In this document: piece after piece, positions 1 to 13,549 of the stretch
Layout of the letters: the number at the start of each line of letters is the position of its first letter
Numbering within the stretch: position 1 is the stretch's first letter
From: Chrysomallon squamiferum
Lineage: Eukaryota; Animalia; Mollusca
Direction: 5' to 3'
Assembly (NCBI GenBank): GCA_012295275.1
Contig: CM022673.1
Location: forward strand, 6,572,001 to 6,636,000
Length of the DNA: 64,000 bases
Notes under the pieces: model-generated
The model's input: the letters and a program-made list of their open reading frames with translations, nothing else
Database searches by the model: none
What the model was told of the DNA's origin: nothing
Position numbers and translations under genes: made by a program

Positions 1-969
1 AGTACAGTAATCAACAATAACTGATTTAACCCACGCTGTTTTTCATCCCCTCATAAATTTCTTTCGACATCCAAAGTTATTAACAAATGTGGGTCACTGG
101 CAGCAGTAAGTTGAAGAATTACAACGGATGATAGCTTTTGGCAGCGTAATAATCCGCGGTGCAAAACAAGATAAATGTTTCTGGACAACTATTAAAGCAA
201 AACATCGGCTTCTTCAGCAGCAGAGTCATCACTTGTTGAAGATGTTTGCTGGCAGGATATGGAGACTGGCTGCTTTCTGTGAAGTGTGTGTTGTCCATCT
301 GAAGATGGCCCTGCAAGACAGCTACTTTGCCCGTGGCAAAAATCTGGGAAGAACAAGAAGATCAACATGTGTCTGAGATGTTTTCTGGTTGCCACTGCAC
401 TCAGAGATGCTGTTGTTTCCATGTTCTGAAATTATCTTGTCAGCAGAAAGCGGCAGTTTCGGTCGTGTCAACAGAATTTGAAATATTATCAAAATTAACT
501 TGGCATCCTGATTGACCCAATCAAATTTACTCTGCAATAAATGTCAGATCTCTTTTGATTTTTGACATCAAGGGTTACTAAATTCTTCTTTTTTTTTCTG
601 TCTCTTAATTTTTCTTTTTCACATTTTTTTTTTTTTCTTTTGCTATTTTTCTTTTTTTTTTTTTTTTTTTATTTTTAGGAATATGGTCATTTAGTGCATT
701 AGGGTATAAAACTAAGGTGATTTTTTAGAAACTGTTGTGTGTTGACATGAAGAAAAAAGGATGTGTGACGTGTTAACGAACGCATTGTTAGAGTTCTGTG
801 GGGGTTTTATCCCAATCCGAGAACAATGTGTGTGTTTCGCTGAGGAACAAATGAGCCTGATGAAATTGATTGTCCTGTCATGTTGTTAGCAAGACAATTT
901 GACAAGTCCCTTTTAGCCTTGTATCTGTCAAGTCTCACACTCTCCCTCTAGCCTTTTGTTTAGATGCGA

Positions 970-1115
970 TTTTTGTGTTGTGTGTCTTCTGTGTATTGTA
1001 TGTGTTGTTTTGTGTTGTGTTGTTTGTTGTATGTGTTGTGTGTCTTCTGTGTATTGTATGTGTTGTTTTGTGTTTGTTCTGTTTATTATATGTGTTGTGT
1101 TGTGTGTGTTCTGTT
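970..1115. repeat. Degenerate TG-rich simple repeat with an internal ~58 bp duplication
   Basis: TTGTGTGTCTTCTGTGTATTGTATGTGTTGTTTTGTGTT occurs at ~978 and ~1036. It accounts for the four overlapping C/V- and H/T-rich ORFs. Confidence 0.85.
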
Positions 1116-1269
1116 TTATCCCTGTTTTTAGACTCACTGTCATTCCAAACCATGTAAAGAAACTGTTGATCATTACAATACTAAATAAAATCGTATTTTT
1201 AATTTAGTCACATTTTTGAACACTATGTTCACCATTTCTTAGAATGTTTCCATTGAAAACTATGATGTT

Positions 1270-1670
1270 GCCAGACTACACATACTTAAAAACTACAGAC
1301 CTTTGTAAAACTGAACAAATATAATTTTTTTACTTCTGAATATTCCCTTATGACCTCTGACTACATAAACTTACAGAAGCCATAACTATAAGCCATTATG
1401 ATGCTGAATAAACATTTTACTTCTGCTCTTAAGTATTTCCTTTCCCTCCTGACTGTGTAAGCTTCAAGAAGCCATAACTACAGACAACTGTAATGCTGAA
1501 TAAATATTTGATTTTTGATTTTAAATATCACTCCCATTCAGACTACACACACATACAGACAGCATATATATATATACAGACCATTATAAAAATAAACAAA
1601 AAATTTATTTTTACTTTTTAACATTCAGCCCGTTTTAATAACACACACTTAGACAGGCCATAACTATTTC
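1270..1670. repeat. Decayed tandem repeat, ~92 bp unit, about 4 copies
   Basis: GAAGCCATAACTA at ~1377 and ~1468 and GGCCATAACTA at ~1656. CAGACTACACA and ATGCTGAATAAA also recur. Confidence 0.7.
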
Positions 1671-3306
1671 CCAAGACGAGAATGACCAATCTTGTTGAAG
1701 ATTTATTCACCAGACAGTATTGAAGAGCCATAATGGGATATCAGACTCAGATTATGTCCTCTCAAAGTATACATCTACTATATCGGTATAAAACATTTTC
1801 CAGCACTGACGAGTCGAGATTGAAGACCTTCTATCTATGACGTTTCCACTATTGACTGTCTATATCTTGCTGTGCATATGACCAAGATTGATTTCAACTT
1901 TGGAGGCTTCGTCATGCGGACAAATTTTTAATATTGTGTAATCATCATGCCAGACTAGAAGGGCTGCATTCGGTGGCTTGACCCTGTCCACTGAGCCAAT
2001 ATTTAAATTGAAAACAAAGCAGATGGTCCCGTTCTTGTTTAAGAACTCGGGGCGAGTCAGTCAATCTATTTAGTTTTCGGGAGGATGGGAGTGTGGATGG
2101 CAGAAAGGTCAATTTTAATTTTGGCTGAAACCAGTGGATTTGTTTTGGTTCAGAGAGAGAGTGTGGTTTTGAGGAAAGGTTGTTTTTGGTGGTTTTGGTG
2201 GTTTTGGTTTGGAATGAGATTATTTATTTTACAGAAACTGGTCTATCTAGTTTAAAGTCCAGTTATTTAAAATAAAATTTGTATATGTTCATATATTTTT
2301 TACTTGAATGTTTTTTTTCCTTACTTTTATTATCATTACTGAAGCTTATAAATATTTCTCTGAGTAGTTGTCAGTTCAATTTTTCAAAAATATCAGTCTC
2401 TTTAATTCATCATTACCAGTCTAAAATTTACAGAACTCATCAATTTCTTGAATAAGGGGGAACTGGTCTATTTTTTTCACCATGGAAACCAATCGCACAT
2501 GAGAATATGCCATATTTTAGGGTGTGGCTTAGAAATTTTGATTTAATTGATAATTTTTTTTTCTTCTCTAAGGATTTTGTTCTGTGGTGATCACAATGGG
2601 TAACTTAGATCCATGGCTTGTTAAATTAGTCCCCAAACAATAGTCTCTTTTGCTCAAGTGCGGAGTCCCTGATAATTTAAATTGAAGCATCTTTCTCCCA
2701 GACAATGGGACGAAGAACACTGAAGTGGAAGTAACTGTATAACTCAGTCTGAGACCAACAACTTTAACTTCGACTTGCTAATAATATTCCTCTTACGACT
2801 CTTTCGAAGACTTTGTCCACTGCTTGTTCAAAATTCCCTTATGAACCGACCTTTTGACCCACCGTATCGATAAATATTCTTAAAACAAATTCTTAGTTAT
2901 TCTCATGGGTCATATTATACCTCATTTAGCTCCAATGTTGGAAAGGAAAAATAAATAATTAAACAAGGAAAGCTATATTTTACAAGTATAATGGCTTGTT
3001 GTTGTGGTTCGTTGGTGATTTGCGTCACTTGTGACATATTATAATGGTTGTATTTAATATCTGTTAAATAAAAACTGTGAGAAGGTCTTGTAGGTAAACA
3101 TAATTCATACCTTCGTAAATTAATCATAAAAAATTAATGAAGAAATCATGTCATTTTGAATAGTAATATAATTTTGTCAGTGCAGTAATAACCATGACAT
3201 AATGATTTGATGTGTAATAACCATATAAATTTTGACAGGATTTTCAGCAAAATAAAGTAATATATTTATAAATTAATTTTCAAAATTTGTATAGTAATAT
3301 ATAATA

Positions 3307-3334
3307 TGTGTGTGTGTGTGTGTGTGTGCAAGTT

Positions 3335-3372
<38 letters not shown>

Positions 3373-3435
3373 ATAATAAAGAGGTAAAAGAAATCTTAGA
3401 ACTGCTAGTCAACATAATGTGTGTTTTGTATTTAA

Positions 3436-3474
<39 letters not shown>
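3307..3474. repeat. (GT)n / (GA)n / (GT)n microsatellite cluster
   Basis: Directly visible dinucleotide tracts. Confidence 0.95.
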
Positions 3475-3476
<2 letters not shown>

Positions 3477-4896
3477 AGTGTGCAGAGATCAGAGGAACAC
3501 ATTTCTGGATTACTGTCAGAAATGTCAGCCTCTTTTTTATTCCCTGTGTGAAATGCCACCATATGAGATCAACACATGTGGTACATGCCTATTATTTCAT
3601 CCCCTGTAGTGTAAATACATGTAGCAAAGGCCTCCATGTTTGTAGGAAATATATCTGTGTAGAGAGTTAATGGAAACAAGCAGATATCATTACTTTCATA
3701 GCTGGGAGGTTAAGGTTAGGTGACCCCCACCCTAGAAAAAAATGCACCCCTCCCTGAATCTTGCATCACATCGAGAAAATGTATGTGTGTGGTTGTTGTT
3801 TCAGTTGTAACAAGAACATTTTCAAAACTGAGGTATTCATTTTGTCATTTTTATTTCTTGCTTTGGGATATTTTTAATTATTACTTGTTTCAGGTTTCAA
3901 CTCTAGTATATAGGTTTCAGCTCTTGAAATATTCAGAATTTAATTCAGTTATAATTCAGTAGAGATGGTTATTACGTATACAACAGGTGAATTAATGCAA
4001 TGAATAATTAATTATTCATGTACATAATACTTATTCTTTATTGAAAATAAAGCTACAAAGACTGATGGTTAGCAGAAGATACTAAAAACTTTAAATCTAA
4101 TTATTACTACTATGATCAAACAAAGTACATGCTGAGACCAACTTCAAAAAAAAAAAAAAAAAAAATTATTCATCATAGACCAAGAAACTATTTTAGAGTG
4201 AAAAAACAAAAAAGTAAGTAAGTAAGTAAGTAAGTAAACAAATAAACATCTTTCAAACCCAGTCTCTGCCAGGTAATGTTTTTATTATCCTTTAAGAAAA
4301 TAACTCCAGCCATACCTGTCAGTATTGTTTTTCACACAGATTCAGTGATTAGAACAAATTGTGTGCTTGTTTTTTTTTTTTTTTTTTTTTCCCACTGCAG
4401 AATGTGATGCCATGCTGTGAAAATCTGTTAATGCATTCATTGAGAGCTCTGTAAATGCATGATCTGAGATGCCGTTTCATAATTTCATCTTGCAAATGGT
4501 GTGGACAATGGCTTATTAGAAGATGATTCACATTTTGACATCATCGCACTGATGCACTGAGAAAGAAACCTGTAATTTGAATTTACCCCAAAGAATGGAT
4601 TTTAGTTTTTAAGTGGAATTTTTTTGTTTTTTTTTTGTGTTTTTTTTTTGAAAAGATGAAGGAGAGTATGGAAATTTGCATTATTAATATTTTATACATG
4701 CTTTATAAAAAGGAAATTTTAAAAAAATAATAAAGAAATGAAGAAAAGAATCTTAGGTTTTATAATATTTAACCAGCAGAATATTTAAAATTAAAATGAT
4801 TTTAAAACATTCTGTAAGAAAAACTATGATGAACAAGTGAAATATAGATTTATTATCTTTCTTTCTGCAGCTAATGTTGAGCTGAAGAAGTAACAG

Positions 4897-4933
<37 letters not shown>

Positions 4934-4964
4934 AAGAGAGAGAGTTGTATTGCATGGTGTCACT

Positions 4965-5350
4965 CATACCATTGACACTAATAATATTTGTAACTATCAT
5001 ATTGTCACTACAATTTTGAAACGATTTTACAGAAACTTTGATTTCAGCACTGTTTAAAAACATTGTAACATCACTGTAACTTGTTACAGAAATATTGTTT
5101 GTTTTACAATTTTATTTTAACAGGGTTATTGTCAGCATACCATAACCTTATCTTTGTGATGTATACATTGTCTCAGAACACTGAAATACACTTGGTACAT
5201 TGTAATCATCAAACTGTCATTCTTTGTAACTGTAACACTGTAATCAACACACCATTCTTTTAAGTGTACCATTGTAATAATCATGTAGCAGTTCTTTATC
5301 ACTGTAACATTGTCACTGTAACAGTCGGTGTAACATTTTTACTGTCATTT
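4965..5350. repeat. Highly decayed short-unit minisatellite (CACTGTAACATTGT-like)
   Basis: Repeated TGTAAC / TGTCAC / CACTGTAAC words, clearest at 5299-5345. Confidence 0.55.
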
Positions 5351-7764
5351 GTCATCTCGCTCACTTTGAACACAGCTACAAGTTATGATTAATTTGCACA
5401 ACAATGGACAGAAGAAAAAGATGAAGATAGAGAGAAAAAATAAAAATGAAGATTAATATCTTTTCTATTATCAGAATTCTTTGATCCTTCCTCGCTTTCA
5501 TCTTATTTTGTTACCATTTGACACGAGTCCTCTTTGAATGGAAAAATGAATTTTTGTAATTGAAACTTCAAACAGACAGAGAGTGATTTGGCTGGTGAGA
5601 TGTGATATATTTTCTATATCCATCGTGGATCTATTAGACTAATTATGGAAATATATTGCATCTGTGACATAACTGGCCATTTTCAGGAAGTTTATTTAAT
5701 ATGGAGGATCCTCAAAACAAACACTGGTGTTGGAAGATGATTTATCATTTATGTGTTTTTGTGAGCGCTAGTTTTGTTACTCATATATTAGTAGTATGTT
5801 AAATGTTGTCTTTTTTTTCTTACTAATGTTGAGTAATATGTAGCAGACTAAATGAAACCCTCAGAATTCCCATCTAAACAAAAAGGAGATAAATATAAAA
5901 ATATTAGAGATGTAAGTAGAGAGAGAGTGTATGTGAAGAAAATGAAAGAAATAATGAGAGAAAGAAATGAGAAGAATGAGAAAGAAAAAAGAAAAGAAAA
6001 AAATTAAATAATATTTATTACACTTCATTTGATATTTTGCAGGTTAAACTGATCAACTAAAAGATCTCTAGTTAGAACTGTAACACATATATATAATGGC
6101 ATAATGCTTAACTGGCACTAAAAAAACAACAAAAAAAACATTTCAAGCTATTTAAAGGAATCCAAAATGTCAGTATTTATTTATGTTTTTTTTGGGGGGG
6201 TTATTTTATTAACATTCTGTCATATTTTTTATCACTTTAATCGGATCATTTGAATACGAATATCAAAAAACGTTTTAAAAAATTCATGTGTGACATTTAA
6301 AAACTTTACCAACCGCAAAGAACAAAAGGTGTAATTTTCATTAGTAGATGCTGAAATATTGCTGGTGAAACATTTGAACTTCAAAAGATAAATTTTTATT
6401 GCCCCATTCTTCATCCTTCAGCTACCATGATTTCCAAAAGCTGTGGACATGCTCGAATGATCGGCAATTAAGCTGAATAAAAATTCTAATAAAGAGATGC
6501 ATAATTAATGAGTTAGAAATGACTCTAACAAGATCACAAGAGGAGTATAATAGAACGGATGGTCTGAAATGACCCCAGGGAATTCCTTCTGACCTTTACC
6601 CCCATATATCAGGATGTCCGGTTTTTGGGGGTACTGTTGTTGTTGTTGGTGGTTTTTTTATCTGGTGACAGGATTTAATGATTGTCAGGGGGTCAGATTT
6701 ATGGGTGTTCTTCCGAATGAAATAGCTAGTATAAATAATAATGTCTTGTCAATGTGTGAATGAAAGTAATGAAGCTTGAATAATCAGTTTGTCTTTATTG
6801 AAAAAAAAAGAAATGAAAAAAAAGAAAAGAAAAGAAAGAATGAGAAGAAATAGATAATTAAAAAAAAAAAAATACAATAGAAGAATGGGTAGGGAGAAGA
6901 AAAAATAAAGATTAATTGCTAGTTATTGTTTTTGTCTTTCAGAAATGAAAGAAATTATTTATCATCATTATTTATTTTGTATTTAAAAATTATCAGAAAT
7001 GTGACAGAACTTTTCATGAAAGAAGAAATAAATTTTTGCATAAATTAATAAAAAAAATCTTTAGAATTAAAATGTATTTATTTATTTATTTATTTAAACA
7101 TGTGTAACAGTATTAAAAATTAAATAATTTGATGTATAAATAAATTTTAACTTTGCCATAGGAACCAAATTTCTTCAAAATATCAAACATTTTCCCCAAA
7201 TTTCTTTCATTTGTACACAAGTTCATATTATCTGTTACAAAATCTGCTATTTATTTTTAATCCACATCTAGTATCGAGACCAAATCCAAATATTTTACAT
7301 ATTACAGTTACGAAATAATGATAACTATTTAACAAACTAGATATTTCCCAAATCTTCCTCACCCAATCAATAACGTGACCACTGAAACGTGACATAATTC
7401 TCGTCCATGCATGTCTGGCATCGCTGGGCATGGCACAAGGGTGCTTGAGGGAGCAGTAAAGAGTCCTCACTGCAGCAGGCAGCAGAAGTTACCAAGTTCA
7501 AGTGTTTTGATGGTTGCTACTCTTTTTAATACCAGCCATACTTTTACATTACAGAAACGATAATCAGCTTGTTGACTCCACTGTGTTTATATTCGTTTTG
7601 GGCTTCAAGTATTGTTTTATTTTCAATTGGCAGAGATGGGGTAGCGATGGATCAGAGGATATTGAGGACAGATGTTAATACATAACAGTTGATGTGATGT
7701 TGATTATTATTAATGGAACTACTGCAGCATCCTCCATTTTTTTTCATTTTTTTTTTATACATCT

Positions 7765-7870
7765 ATTATTACTCTTACTATTGCAGATGTTACTACTGCT
7801 GTTACTATTACTACTACTACTACTACTTGAACAATTATTTCTATGCTGTATTATACTATATCTACTAATG
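7765..7870. repeat. Degenerate (TAC/TAT)n trinucleotide tract
   Basis: Source of the poly-Leu ORF 7694-8020. Confidence 0.85.
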
Positions 7871-8099
7871 TTGTCAATGTCTATGTTGGGTGGGTTTTTT
7901 TTTCCTTCTTTTGTTGAAACATGGTTATTTTACAGATTTTTTTTTTTTTTTTTTTCTTTTCTTTTTTTGAGACCATCTTTTCTACTCATTGTCTCCTATC
8001 TTACAAAAAATTCCCATTAAACTTTCAACTAGATAATGATTTTTTTTTCCCTATTCTTCGAGCATTAAAACTTATATTGCAGCTACTCGAAAAAATAAT

Positions 8100-8660
8100 T
8101 ATCAAATCACTTAAGTCTGTTGTTTGACATTTCACATCTTTTCACGTGCTTACTGAAAGAATCTATTGGCGTTGTCGTAGATTTTTTATTTTATTTTTTT
8201 GTTGTATTTTTCAATAATAATAAAAAAAAAAAAAAAGAGAAAAATACTATGCCTTTGAGAAACAAGTATTTTAGTGACTGCAGTCACTGCATTTCCTTTG
8301 TGTGTTTTTAACACGAGTTTATTGATTGGCGAAAAGTCCCAGACTATTCCATTCCTATTACTGATATTTCCTTTTTCACTTCGCTTCGCCGAACACACAC
8401 AAACAGTTGAAAAATTAAATAGACATCGCTGTTTCTCAGACTGTGTCTTTTTATTCTTTCTCTTTTTTTTTTTATATTTTATTAACTCGATAGTTGGTTT
8501 GGGTTTTTTTTTTTTTTAAAAAGAAAAATAAAGAAAAGATCTTTTTTAGTTTGATTAAGTGGTTTGAAATGAAAAAAGTCGTCGTTGTACGCTGGTTTTT
8601 GACATTTGACTGCGTGTTTGGTTGTATGTGATATAAAAGTGGTTGATTAACAAGTGCCAC
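8100..8660. promoter_or_regulatory. Promoter-like CpG-enriched island
   Basis: Locally many CpGs, E-box CACGTG ~8143, reverse CCAAT boxes (ATTGG ~8165 and ~8325), perfect 16-bp palindrome 8273-8288, TATAAAAG 8632-8639. Motif evidence only. Confidence 0.35.
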
Positions 8661-8956
8661 TTTTTTTTATTTATTTTATTTTATTATTATTTTTTCCATC
8701 ATGTATATATTTTCATCTTTGAACTTGTCTAGACTCATTTAATATAAATTTTCTTTTTTTATCTTTTTTCATTTTACACTTTTCTTTCACTTTTTATCTT
8801 TTTCATCTTTTTTTTTTTTTTTTTTTTTACCATTATTTCATCTTTTTTTCATCTTTTTTTTATTTCTTTTCTCTGTGAAATTTTTTGTTTATTTTTTTTA
8901 AATCAGAGAAAGAAAAAAAAACGGATAGCCAATGACATTCTCATAAATCAGGCTTA

Positions 8957-9025
8957 TTGTTTTAGTGCTTAACCACTGAACTGAAAACTTGCAGATTCTG
9001 GGTTCAATTCTCATCACTTGCTTTT
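8957..9025 (+). mobile_element. Decayed tRNA-derived head (SINE head or tRNA pseudogene)
   Basis: A-box-like TAGTGCTTAA, anticodon-loop-like CTGAAAA and B-box GGTTCAATTC at tRNA-like spacing. The stems do not close. Confidence 0.5.
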
Positions 9026-9279
9026 TTACCAAAGGCGAATTGAGGTCATGTGAGGCCATTACCATCTTTTTCCTGCACTAATTATCAAATACTGTAATAT
9101 CTTACAAATAACCAGATCTCAAAACAGAATACCCATGATAAATTCATTTGGTATAATCCTTCTGTAAATGGATTAGTTAATTTTATTTTTTATAACATGA
9201 AACTGGACAGTTTCTCAGAATTAGAGCAAAAACCTAGTAAACAACAGGCTACGTGGTCTTCATTCTTATGAATGCTACA

Positions 9280-9400
9280 TGGTTGATTTATCAAATACTA
9301 TGATATTTGTTTGCCTGTCTATGGGGAAAATTTATGTAAAAGAACCTTTAGTGCTTGGTAATTGTAGCCTATAGCTTGACAGCAGTGAGATTTCATTTTA
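9280..9400 (+). mobile_element. Decayed SINE central domain (Meta-domain-like)
   Basis: TTTATCAAA..ATGATAT..CCTGTCTATGGGGAAAATTTATGTAAAAGAACCTTTAGTGCT aligns by eye with 53305-53375 and with my recollection of the molluscan SINE core CCTGTCTGTGGGATGGTGCATATAAAAGATCCCTTGCTGCT. Confidence 0.6.
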
Positions 9401-9558
9401 ATACAGTTGTTACAAAAACGTATAGTAATAGCAGATACATAAAAAATATACATTATTTATTTATTCATTTATTTATTTATTTATTATAATTTTAATTTTT
9501 TTATTATTGTTTTAAAATTTATTTATTACTATCTTTTTTTTTTTTTTTTATCTCTTAG

Positions 9559-9582
9559 GATTACAGTGGGACATGTTTACAG
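9559..9582 (+). other. Candidate 24-nt microexon
   Basis: Long poly-T then TCTCTTAG acceptor, and CAG|GTATTT donor. All three frames are open (DYSGTCLQ / ITVGHVY / LQWDMFT). Confidence 0.25.
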
Positions 9583-10742
9583 GTATTTAGGGGAAAATAT
9601 TCATTTTAAACACATAAGCAATAATATCAATAAAATAAATTAATTAACATACTGATGTATAATTTAAGTTACATGTCCACATGTACAAGCAACTTCACAA
9701 CATTTACAAACACAAACACAAACACACATTAACACAAACACATGAATAGACAAAAACAGGCACATAAAAATTAATATTGAATTTATATCCAAAATGTATA
9801 ATGAAACTGAATATTTAGTTTTCATCATCAACATTTAAAACAATTTCTGTTTTGTTTTGTTATTCATTCTTATGCTAAAGTCTGCTTAGAATTTGTTTTT
9901 GTTTTTCTGAATATTTGTTTTGTTTTATCTTCATGCATTAAAAACATTTTCATTAAAAGCCATTAGCAACATGTAAATTGTTCTGTACATAGTGAAGCAT
10001 GTTGAAAGCATTTTTCATTTTTATTTCATATTAATTGACTCTTTTAATATTCTCTTGGTAGTAAACTGGAAAAGTAATCAGTGAAGCTAATACAAACAAA
10101 TGCACACTAATTTATTAAATGTTCGGCAATAAATTTGTTTTTATGGATAAAAGAAAAACGAAATAGGCTGTTTAGAGAAATAGAAATATTAAATGTTTTG
10201 ATATTGTGAACGTTATGCAATTTAAAAAATAAAGAAGTTGAATAATGCTATTAAATTATATGCAGATATATGTATACATATATAAATTGGCATGTGTCGG
10301 CTTGCGTACAAACACAAAAGAATCATAAAAAATATATTAAAAATGAAACAGAATAAAAGCAGTTCATTAAAAATATTTTAATCCTTTTTTCCTTTTTGCA
10401 AAAAAAAATAATCCTTTTTTTTTTTTTTTTTTTTGCCCGCAGCTAATTTTTAATCAACAGGCATCATATTCTTTTTCTCTTTACCATTTTTTTCTTTTTT
10501 TTTAAATTTATAAAAAAAAAAAACACGAAATCTTTTTTCTTTCATTTTTTTAAAGTCTAAACTTTGACAAAAAAAGTAGCACTTTTATCTTTTTTTTGAT
10601 CATGCAGAGACTGAGCCAGAAGGAAAGAAGACAACATGTTGGTCATAATTAATCGTGACGTGAAGCCATTGATTTTATTCAATTACTCTATTGGACATTG
10701 TCTTACACCGTCTCTCTTCATCACCTCTGACTCATGAGGTCG

Positions 10743-10812
10743 GGCATGGTCTGATGGTTAGAGCAATCATCTTACGTGCGTATGATTCATTAGAACTCTG
10801 GTTTAATACTCA
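10743..10812 (+). mobile_element. Decayed tRNA-derived head
   Basis: TGGTCTGATGGTTAGAGC (A-box-like) and a degenerate B-box GGTTTAATAC. Confidence 0.35.
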
Positions 10813-10814
10813 GC

Positions 10815-11100
10815 AGATTCAGGGTGGTATGTGATAGAGTCAGTTCAGGGTTGGCAGTCAAAAGGAATCAGTTTAGGATGTCAGGGTAGGATCTAATGCG
10901 ATCAGGTCAGGATGGTGTATAATGCAACCAGTTCAGGATAAGTGTCTAATGCTGTCATTTCAGGATAGTGTAACGAATATTTAACAACACCACAGCATGA
11001 AGAACACACCAACTATCAGGTGCAAAACCAAAGTGTCTAATGCTGTGATTATATGATAGTGTGTAATGCCTTCAGTTTCTATTCAGTATAATGTAACCCA
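10815..11100. repeat. ~26 bp minisatellite (CAGTTCAGGATGGTGTCTAATGC), interrupted at ~10972-11031
   Basis: Units visible at 10841, 10904, 10929 and 10956. AGTGTCTAATGCTGT at 10941 and 11032. Confidence 0.7.
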
Positions 11101-11539
11101 TTAAGTAAACTGTTTGATATGTGGTAGATTAAGGGTCAGTTTGTGTTAGGGATTCACTTTGTGTTTACATGTTCTTTGGTTTTAGGTATGTGTTTGTCAT
11201 GTGTGAGTGTAAAAAATCTAGTCAATTCCTTAGCAACAGCAAGCTGGATTCGTATTTAGTGTTATCTTCATGCAAAAAGCAATCAGTTGACATTTAATAA
11301 CTGTTAATTTTAGGACTTTCAAATTAACATTCATACGACCACATCCTTAAAAGGTTCTGATATAAAATAAATAAATAAATAAAACTTAAAAGTACAAGTA
11401 AACATCGCATGTACTTCAGCATTACAAAAATGCTCATCAATTCACTTCTAAGCGCTCTAAAATCTCACAGTCTCATTCAAATTCTCTTCACACTTCAACA
11501 CAGATGTTCATATCCACTTTAGAAGTATTCATTTCTGAG

Positions 11540-12080
11540 CATAACATCGAGTCACAATTGAATATTTTCATTACTGATGTCGTTAATTGATTACAGCCAG
11601 CCATTAAAATGTTATTTAAGGCGTTACTTAATTATGTTACCGAATAACCATCATTTAGTTTCACCAATTACCAAAGCCTGATTTTGTCAACAACTTGGGA
11701 GTCCACTTTGTGAGCAGCGATGAACATTTTTTCTTAATTAAAACAAACTAAATATTTAAATAGCAACCCTTTCTGCAGGAATTATTTCCAGTGATGATGT
11801 CATTCAATTCATAGTTACGTTGCAGTCACGTGGCTGTTTTAACATTGTTATGCAAGTCCGCCATGTTGGAGGTAATTAAATAAGCTTTGCTCTGGCATTT
11901 TCATAATTTAATTTCAGCCTCGGACATTTTGCTTGTTTTAATCTGTCGTTAATTCTAAGAACAAACAGGAACGTAAAGAGGCCACACACTTCTAACTTTA
12001 CAGATGAGAGCAGACAAGTTTTTAATAATTTCATGTTTTCTTTCCACTTCCTTTCCTTTTGCAATTGAGTCTCGTCTAAT
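11540..12080. promoter_or_regulatory. Complex island, candidate enhancer/CNE
   Basis: Dense TAAT/TAATTA/CAATTA, TGATGTCA 11795, CACGTG ~11827, retained CpGs, no simple repeats. Confidence 0.35.
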
Positions 12081-12869
12081 AAACAGTTTTAATATTTATA
12101 AAACTTCTACGAAATTCTTGTCTCATTATATCTAGCTTTATTGCATCAGATCTAAACAGTATTCAAAATTTTCAAATTTGCTTATCAAATCAGACTCAAT
12201 AAACTCGTACTTCCACTTCTTTCTTTTTTTCCCACTCAGTGATTTTTAATTTAACCTTACCATGCAAAAATAAATGCCATTGGCTGACTAACATAGTGTG
12301 ATAAATATGATTGGATGTCTGGCATGAAGCAGTAAATATGATTGGACAGTAAGTATGATAGGACACATTTGATTGGTCACAGCTTGACATGTGGTATGAT
12401 ATGACAAATGCAATTGGATGTTTCCAGAAGATGAAGCGTGAAGTGATAAATGAGACTGTTGGAGTAATAGTTCATAAAGAAAACCTTTGCTAAGACTTCT
12501 GAAAATAATAATGATAGGTTACTAAGAATGTCAATGAAGTATAAATTAATAAGGAAATTTTATTTTATCTTTAGAAATGGTAAATTAGATTTCTCATACT
12601 ATATGTCATTACATGTTATGAACAATATGCAGGATAGAAAATATTTTTTTTTTTTTTTTACTTCTTTTCTCTTATTTTTCATTATTATTATATTATTTTG
12701 AGCTTTAAAAAGTTGAAGAATGCACACATGTAGGTATCTATATCTAAAATGTACATACATGAGCACAAAGTAACAGTAATGAGATTTGTGGTTTTTGAAC
12801 ATTCATGATTTGAAAATACGTTCATAACTGGAAAACATGATTTCAACAGACACTAGCTGGTAGACACAA

Positions 12870-13115
12870 ACCCATTAATAGGACCGTTTCATTAATGTGA
12901 CCACTTAATTTTTACGACCATTTCATTAACATGACTGCTTCGTTAATAAGAGCATTTTTTATTAATTGTGAGCACCTTGTTAATGAGACCATTATCTTAA
13001 TGTGATCATGTCGTAAATGTGACCATTCCATTAATACAACCACTTCATTAATCAGACCATTTTGTTAATGTAACCACTATCGATGAACATTTTGTTACTC
13101 CGACCACCTTGTCCA
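12870..13115. repeat. 17 bp minisatellite (CATTAATGTGACCACTT), about 13 decayed copies
   Basis: TTAAT...GACCA recurs with ~17 bp period. Confidence 0.8.
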
Positions 13116-13549
13116 CGATACCATATTTTAGAGTTTGTTTTTAAATGGAGTAAGTAAAAGTAAATATAAAACTACCCAGTTAATGGAACAATTAACATCT
13201 GAAGTCATCAGATATAATGATTTGTAATAGCTGTAAACAATGTTTACTTTGTCTGTTTGCCATTTATCATTATTTTTATTCCATACTGACAAACTAACAG
13301 CAGAGCTTCGGCTAGAACTGGAAATAGCTTTGGGAAAGACTGATCTTGCAACCCATTATACTCTAACTATCGAGCGAACAGAGGGTTTGAAACTCATTAG
13401 TCAACAGACAAATGAAAATATGAATATTCCTCTTCTTTTTAATTAAGACTGCAGACTCCATCTGCTATCTCAGAATCTCAGAGATTTCAAATCAACAATT
13501 GATTCCTATGGTAAATGTCCAGAATAATATTTTGACCAAACAGTAATAA

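Noticed and set aside
8957-9025. Functional tRNA-Phe gene
   Set aside because: Boxes and a GAA loop are present, but acceptor and anticodon stems do not pair. Treated as a decayed SINE head or pseudogene.
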